Positions 60,167 to 64,000 of a DNA stretch of 64,000 bases are shown here, piece by piece. A model generated the notes under the pieces. The model was not told the origin of the DNA. It made no database searches and saw nothing but the letters and a program-made list of their open reading frames with translations. The DNA comes from Vulcanimicrobiales bacterium (GTDB lineage Bacteria; Vulcanimicrobiota; Vulcanimicrobiia; Vulcanimicrobiales; Vulcanimicrobiaceae): NCBI GenBank assembly GCA_038231455.1, contig JBBRLI010000002.1:128001-192000 (forward strand). Direction: 5' to 3'. The number at the start of each line of letters is the position of its first letter. Within the stretch, counting starts at the first letter, position 1. Both the position numbers and the translations under genes were made by a program.

Positions 60167-60262
60167 CGCCGCTAAGTGTTTGGATTCGACGCTCCGCGTC
60201 TTAAGCAACCAGGGCACAGGGTCCATCACCCCCTTTCCAGGGTATCAGTGGCAATCAGCGGG

Positions 60263-61015
60263 TCAGGCTACAATGCTTGACTCGCTTTTAGTTTTCGACG
60301 CCATGTTTTTTACGAATAAAAACGCCGCTTTAAACACGAGATACCATTCTTCTAGCTCCTCGGCCGTGTCAAGATCTGGAACCGATTTTAATAGGCCAGC
60401 AAGTACCGGATTGAGGCCGGTATTGTACTCGATCGGCCGCGTCGGTGGCGCCTCTTGAGGGACAGGAGGTGCATCGGCGGCGCTCACTTTGCGAGGCAAT
60501 TCCGTGGTTGCCGTTTCCACACGCGAACGTTTAACGGGTGGCGAATTTGCACGACGCGCGGCGCCGTCGCGTTGAGGAGGTGCTTCTTTAAGGGGCATGC
60601 CGGCGAGAGCGCACAGGCCCAGAAAACATGCGACCATTCGCGAGCGCTGTGCTTGAGGTTGTTCGTGCCGAAATGCATCGTCAATGCGTGTCCGCGAGTC
60701 AATGGACGGATTTCGAATTTCGAAAACCTTGCGGTAAGATTTGCGGATTATTTCTTCAAGCACGGATGGGTATTCTTCAGACGTCGCCGTTCGGAGGCGC
60801 TGGGCGACATCAGTTGTGAAGCCCAAGTCATCGACCAATCCCAAATATCTCAGCGCGTGCATATTTTTTGTAGAAAGGTGCGCTGAAAGTCCGATACGCT
60901 CCAGCCATTCCTTTCCCAGCTGCTCGGGCATCGAGCGATCACGCCAGGTATCGAATATCGCTTTGAGGTTCGCCGTTGGTCCATAAGGTGGCGAAGCGCT
61001 GTTTCCTTGCTCCAT
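60263..61015 (-). CDS. DUF5343-like protein
   Basis: PPYG...L..IF......P......WL..IG.........LRYLGLVD..G..T N-terminus, F..LC..AG, low-complexity linker and small C-terminal helical domain; family assigned from memory. Confidence 0.65.
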   Translation of the reverse strand: MEQGNSASPPYGPTANLKAIFDTWRDRSMPEQLGKEWLERIGLSAHLSTKNMHALRYLGLVDDLGFTTDVAQRLRTATSEEYPSVLEEIIRKSYRKVFEIRNPSIDSRTRIDDAFRHEQPQAQRSRMVACFLGLCALAGMPLKEAPPQRDGAARRANSPPVKRSRVETATTELPRKVSAADAPPVPQEAPPTRPIEYNTGLNPVLAGLLKSVPDLDTAEELEEWYLVFKAAFLFVKNMASKTKSESSIVA

Positions 61016-61070
61016 GTTTCTCGCTTTCCAAAAACAATGTAGCACCCATGCAAAGCGTCGTCAATACCCG

Positions 61071-61096
61071 CAGGAAAACAAGTGTTTGTTTTCCTG
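61071..61096. promoter_or_regulatory. Perfect 11-bp inverted repeat CAGGAAAACAA-gtgt-TTGTTTTCCTG, candidate operator
   Basis: In the divergent intergenic region, with extra half-sites AAAAACAA (61030-61037) and CTTGTTTTCA (61106-61115). Confidence 0.7.
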
Positions 61097-61129
61097 GAAC
61101 TGGCCCTTGTTTTCAGGCATGCTAGTGCT

Positions 61130-61387
61130 ATGGGAATTCATATCTACAAGGTCGCTGGCGGTTGGCAGGCCGAGGACGATCAGCTAGTGATCGCTTGCTT
61201 CGGCCAAGACGTCGAAAGAGCTACGGCTGCTCTGGAGCGGGCTTGCCAGCGCGCTCGAGATATCGCTTCGCGATGGGCAAATATGGCTGAAATTGACGAA
61301 CAATTTACCACGGAAGAGCTATCTGAAATGGAAATTGCTAAATCGGAAATCGCTCACGGACAGACACGTGTAATTCGAATAAAATAG
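61130..61387 (+). CDS. Putative antitoxin with a HicB-like N-terminus and an acidic C-terminal helix
   Basis: GGWQAE...L.IACFGQDVERA.AAL..A resembles the HicB N-terminal fold; FTTEELSEMEIAKSEIAHG acidic segment; directly upstream of RelE. Confidence 0.65.
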   Translation: MGIHIYKVAGGWQAEDDQLVIACFGQDVERATAALERACQRARDIASRWANMAEIDEQFTTEELSEMEIAKSEIAHGQTRVIRIK

Positions 61388-61435
61388 GTCTCCAAGCCGA
61401 GGAAGCCACTGCGGCTGCGAGAACGTTTCCGGTGG

Positions 61436-61696
61436 GTGAGCTATAACGTTGAATACCCGAAAAGCGTTGAGAAAAAACTTGCAAGCTTGCCTGTGGATGC
61501 GCGCAAGGCATTGTGTGTTGCCTTTGAAAAATTTGCTGCCGACCCGCTAACTCGCGAAGTGGATGTTCTCAAAATCAAAGGCAAATCCGATCAGTATCGC
61601 ATTCGGTGCGGAAACTACCGGCTTATTTTTCAACTTAATAAGGTGAAGAACGTTCTACAAGCGTTGACAGCGATAGATCGCAAGGATGCGTATTAA
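61436..61696 (+). CDS. RelE/ParE family toxin
   Basis: MSYNVEY...VEKKL..LP, KIKG...YRIRCGNYRLIF, RKDAY C-terminus. Confidence 0.92.
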   Translation: MSYNVEYPKSVEKKLASLPVDARKALCVAFEKFAADPLTREVDVLKIKGKSDQYRIRCGNYRLIFQLNKVKNVLQALTAIDRKDAY

Positions 61697-61711
61697 CAGG
61701 CCGACGATCGA

Positions 61712-62572
61712 CTAATTTAGCACATATTTTTCAAACGCGCGCTCGGCGCCCGTGCGATAGCGACCACGCATCCAGGCAAGGCCAATGCGGCGTACCGCAC
61801 GCGGCGTGCGGACGTGCAAACTCACGAGTCCGTCGCGAACGCTCGATAGCGGAACCAGCGCAATCCCAAAGCCCGCTTTGACGAATCCGCGAATGACGCT
61901 CGACTCATCACCCGCGAACACCACATCCGGCGCGAAGCCGGCGCTCGCACACAGCTCGTCGGTAATGGCGCGAATCGCGTGACCGGTTTTAAACGAGAGG
62001 AGCGGCTCGTCACGAATCGCCGTGAGCGCTATCGTCCGGCGCGATGCGAGCCGGTGGTCGCGCGGAACGACGACGACGAGTTCTTGGTCGAGAACGTGTC
62101 GCCACTGAAGGCGCTCGTCCGCGGGCGGGCCGGAGATCAGGCAACAATCGATCTCTCCCGTACGCAGCTGCGTCTCGAGTGTTGCGCCATTGTTTTGCGT
62201 GAAGTCGAAGGCAACTTCGCCGTTGCGTTCGCGAAAGCGCCGCACGACGTCGGGAACGTACTCGCTGCCGAGCGACCGCAGAAAGCCCAGGTGGATGCGA
62301 CCGCGCGCCTTGCCGGAGAGATCGGCGATCTCACGTCGACCCTCGTCGATTTCGCCGAGCGCGCGTTCGACACGCGCGAGGAAGAGTGTGCCGTACGGCG
62401 TGAGCACGACCGCGCGACCCGAAGGCGCGAAAAGTGGCACGCCAAGTTCGCGCTCGAGCCGTCCGAGCGACCGACTTAAGGTCGGCTGTGTGATCCCGAG
62501 GCGTTCCGCCGCGCGCGTGATGTGCCCCATTCGTCCGGCGGTGCGAAAATAGTCGAGCTGTTCCCAATCCAT
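61712..62572 (-). CDS. LysR family transcriptional regulator
   Basis: HITRAAERLGITQPTLSR.L.RLE.ELGVPLF, LTPYG, C-terminal substrate-binding domain. Confidence 0.95.
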   Translation of the reverse strand: MDWEQLDYFRTAGRMGHITRAAERLGITQPTLSRSLGRLERELGVPLFAPSGRAVVLTPYGTLFLARVERALGEIDEGRREIADLSGKARGRIHLGFLRSLGSEYVPDVVRRFRERNGEVAFDFTQNNGATLETQLRTGEIDCCLISGPPADERLQWRHVLDQELVVVVPRDHRLASRRTIALTAIRDEPLLSFKTGHAIRAITDELCASAGFAPDVVFAGDESSVIRGFVKAGFGIALVPLSSVRDGLVSLHVRTPRAVRRIGLAWMRGRYRTGAERAFEKYVLN

Positions 62573-62573
62573 G

Positions 62574-62597
62574 ATTCATGCCTTCGACGACATGAAT
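62574..62597. promoter_or_regulatory. Inverted repeat ATTCATG-N10-CATGAAT, candidate LysR binding site
   Basis: Abuts the LysR start in the divergent LysR/UbiD gap; spacing is T-N12-A rather than the canonical T-N11-A. Confidence 0.5.
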
Positions 62598-62653
62598 GAC
62601 TTTACTGGGCGGCTATTTGTCCTTCCCGAGCGTGAATTGCTACCCTAGAAGGC

Positions 62654-64000
62654 GTGATTGCAACATCGACGGCTACCGCTCAAAACGACCTGCGCGAGTT
62701 CATCGCGGCCTGCGAGGCGCGCGGCGAACTCGCCCACGTGAGTGGTGCGCATTGGGATAAAGAAATGGGCGCAGTCACCGAAGTGCTCTATCGACAAAAA
62801 GTCGAAAAAGCGCCAATGCTGGTGTTCGATGATATTCCGGGCTATCCCAAAGGCTACCGCACGACGTACGGGATGTTCGGCTCGCCGTTTCGTCTTGCAA
62901 CGGTGCTCGGCATGGACCCCGCGCTCTCCGACGATCGCTCGGCGATGCTCAATTATTTTCGCAAAAACATCAAACGCGCGTACCAGCAGATCGAACCGAG
63001 TGTCGTGACGGAGGGCCCGGTACTCGACAACATCGTGCGCGATGGCGATGTCGACGTCTTTACGTTGCCCGTTCCGATCCATCACGAACTCGATGGCGGA
63101 CGATATATCGGCACGGCGTGTGCCGTCGTTACCAAGGACCCCGATAGCGGGCGCATCAACGTCGGCACGTACCGCGTGCAGGCACTCGGGCCAAATCTTT
63201 GCGCGTCGTATATCTCGAACGGTAAACAAGGTCAGATCCAGCGCGATAAATATCTGAAAGCCGGCAAACCCTGTCCGGTCGTCATCATCGTCGGCTGCGA
63301 TCCGATCACGTATCTCTCCGGCGGCTACACGATGTCGGATAGCGTGCCGGAATATCACTGGGCCGGCGGCATGATGGGCCGGCCGCTCGACGTGATCGAA
63401 GGCGAAGTGACGGGCTTGCCGTTCCCCGCGCGGTCGGAAATCGTGCTCGAAGGCTGGATTCTCCCGGATAAGACGGTGAAAGAAGGCCCCTTCGGCGAGT
63501 GGCATGGGTACTACGCGGGCGAAGCGCGCGACGAGCCCGTGATCCGCATCGAGCGCATGTACCATCGGACGAATCCGATCCTCACCTGCGCGGCAAGTCA
63601 GAAGCCGCCGCACTCGCATCTCTTCGAACGTTGCTTCCTGCGCTCGGCAGCGCTGCTCGATTCGCTCGAGGGCGCGGGTATTCCGGACGTCACTGGAGCG
63701 TGGCTCCATCAAGCGGGTTCTGGGCGCACGTTCTGCGTCGTCTCGATCAAGCAGCGCTATCACGGGCACTCGACGCAGGTGGGTCTGGTCGCATCGCAAG
63801 TCAATCCGGTTGGCTATGTCGGCCGCTGGATCGTCGTCGTCGATGACGACATCGATCCAACCGATATCCACGAAGTTATTTGGGCGATGGGGACGCGCTG
63901 CGATCCGAAGACGCGCACGACCATGCTCGACAACTGCTGGTCATCGCGACTCGATACGATGGTGACCGACTACAACAAGCTCACCAATTCGCGTATGGTG
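62654..64000 (+). CDS. UbiD family (prFMN-dependent) decarboxylase, runs off the window
   Basis: Not in the ORF track. From GTG 62654: MIATSTATAQNDLREFIAACEARGEL...FDDIPGY...NVGTYR...EIVLEG...EGPFGEWHGYY...VVVDDDIDPTD..EVIWAMGTR. Confidence 0.93.
   Translation, partial: MIATSTATAQNDLREFIAACEARGELAHVSGAHWDKEMGAVTEVLYRQKVEKAPMLVFDDIPGYPKGYRTTYGMFGSPFRLATVLGMDPALSDDRSAMLNYFRKNIKRAYQQIEPSVVTEGPVLDNIVRDGDVDVFTLPVPIHHELDGGRYIGTACAVVTKDPDSGRINVGTYRVQALGPNLCASYISNGKQGQIQRDKYLKAGKPCPVVIIVGCDPITYLSGGYTMSDSVPEYHWAGGMMGRPLDVIEGEVTGLPFPARSEIVLEGWILPDKTVKEGPFGEWHGYYAGEARDEPVIRIERMYHRTNPILTCAASQKPPHSHLFERCFLRSAALLDSLEGAGIPDVTGAWLHQAGSGRTFCVVSIKQRYHGHSTQVGLVASQVNPVGYVGRWIVVVDDDIDPTDIHEVIWAMGTRCDPKTRTTMLDNCWSSRLDTMVTDYNKLTNSRMV

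Noticed and set aside
60135-60458. 107-aa plus-strand ORF in the islet
   Set aside because: It overlaps a terminator hairpin and the antisense of the DUF5343-like gene, and has no motif.
62645-63871. 408-aa minus-strand ORF
   Set aside because: Antisense shadow of the UbiD gene, which the track misses because its stop lies outside the window.
1-64000. CRISPR arrays, tRNA/rRNA genes, IS elements, prophage
   Set aside because: No regularly spaced repeats, RNA gene signatures, transposase, integrase or phage genes were seen, and intergenic gaps are short.

Overview
High-GC bacterial chromosomal window with about 58 genes. It carries both outer-membrane-related genes (TamB, TonB C-terminal domain) and Firmicutes-like gene blocks, which suggests a diderm Terrabacteria lineage such as Eremiobacterota (inference). 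Bases 1-45.5 kb are mostly core genes: a pentose-phosphate operon (tkt, tal-pgi fusion, gnd, zwf, opcA, pgl), dapD plus an aminotransferase, secreted M28 and M16 peptidases with a decayed hicA between them, formiminotransferase and radA, cmk-plsC-ispH-prenyltransferase-double GT-C glycosyltransferase, yebC-PASTA-rpe-thiL, rpmB, fakA-plsX-degV-hemW-PIN/TRAM-ispD-ispF, a two-component pair and tamB. Bases 45.5-64 kb are accessory: an aromatic-acid catabolic region (MarR, NitT/TauT binding protein, dihydrodiol dehydrogenase, unknown 77-aa ORF, phthalate-dioxygenase-like Rieske oxygenase, class II aldolase-fold putative decarboxylase, thiolase, ABC/MFS/ChrA transporters, LysR, UbiD) interrupted by two AT-richer inserts. 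One insert holds a DUF5343-like gene divergent from a HicB-like/RelE toxin-antitoxin pair. The best leads are IspD fused to an EF-G domain V-like module, the non-canonical ring-hydroxylation/decarboxylation cluster, and the DUF5343-like/HicB-like/RelE islet. No rRNA, tRNA, CRISPR array, integrase or transposase was seen. All family calls come from reading motifs by eye; no database searches were run.
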